In this document: positions 19,921 to 20,000 of the stretch, in pieces
Layout of the letters: every line of letters starts with the position of its first letter
Numbering within the stretch: the stretch's first letter is position 1
Assembly (NCBI GenBank): GCA_049999805.1
Contig: JBNGIO010006371.1
Coordinates: 528,129 to 548,128 of the forward strand
From: Folioceros fuciformis
Taxonomy: Eukaryota
Reading direction: 5' to 3'
DNA: 20,000 bases
Program-made: the position numbers and the translations under genes
The notes under the pieces: model-generated
Seen by the model: the letters and a program-made list of their open reading frames with translations, nothing else
What the model was told of the DNA's origin: nothing
Database searches by the model: none

Positions 19921-20000
19921 TATAATACTGTGGAGTGAAACTTGCACCCAAGAACCACCAAGGGGCCACACTTCCCCTTATTATCGTTGCAGTCTTATGA
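19921..20000. other. Non-LINE sequence interrupting the RT; possible start of a nested insertion (LTR-like)
   Basis: RT homology ends after ..LLLREAK, and the expected LDFxKAYD motif does not follow. The new sequence begins TATAATAC, one transition from a TGTAATAC LTR-type terminus. Confidence 0.4.

Noticed and set aside
12635..19961. Minus-strand ORFs within the LINE (e.g. 18811-19554, 19551-19961)
   Set aside because: Antisense shadows of ORF1/ORF2 with no independent coding features.

Overview
Eukaryotic (land-plant-type) genomic DNA from a gapped assembly, with N runs at 5583-5709, 16942-16951 and 19323-19422. The left 6.3 kb holds two convergent host genes. One is the 3' end of the spliceosomal SmB gene (+). 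The other is a 7-exon, about 1024-aa uncharacterised gene (-) with an N-terminal SAP/NuSAP-like helical motif, SIM-like motifs and CDK-type sites; just upstream of it is a tight cluster of CHR, E2F and MSA cell-cycle promoter motifs. The right 13.7 kb is a transposon graveyard: a decayed PIF/Harbinger DDE transposase, a 37-bp tandem array, and a decayed intronless coiled-coil ORF of unknown origin. These are followed by an L1-clade LINE with an unusually long ORF1 (about 5.9 kb, about 1950 aa) carrying two unrecognised globular regions and an internal 111-aa duplication, then ORF2 (APE endonuclease and the start of RT), which stops abruptly at about 19920. All calls come from manual reading and translation; no database searches were run.
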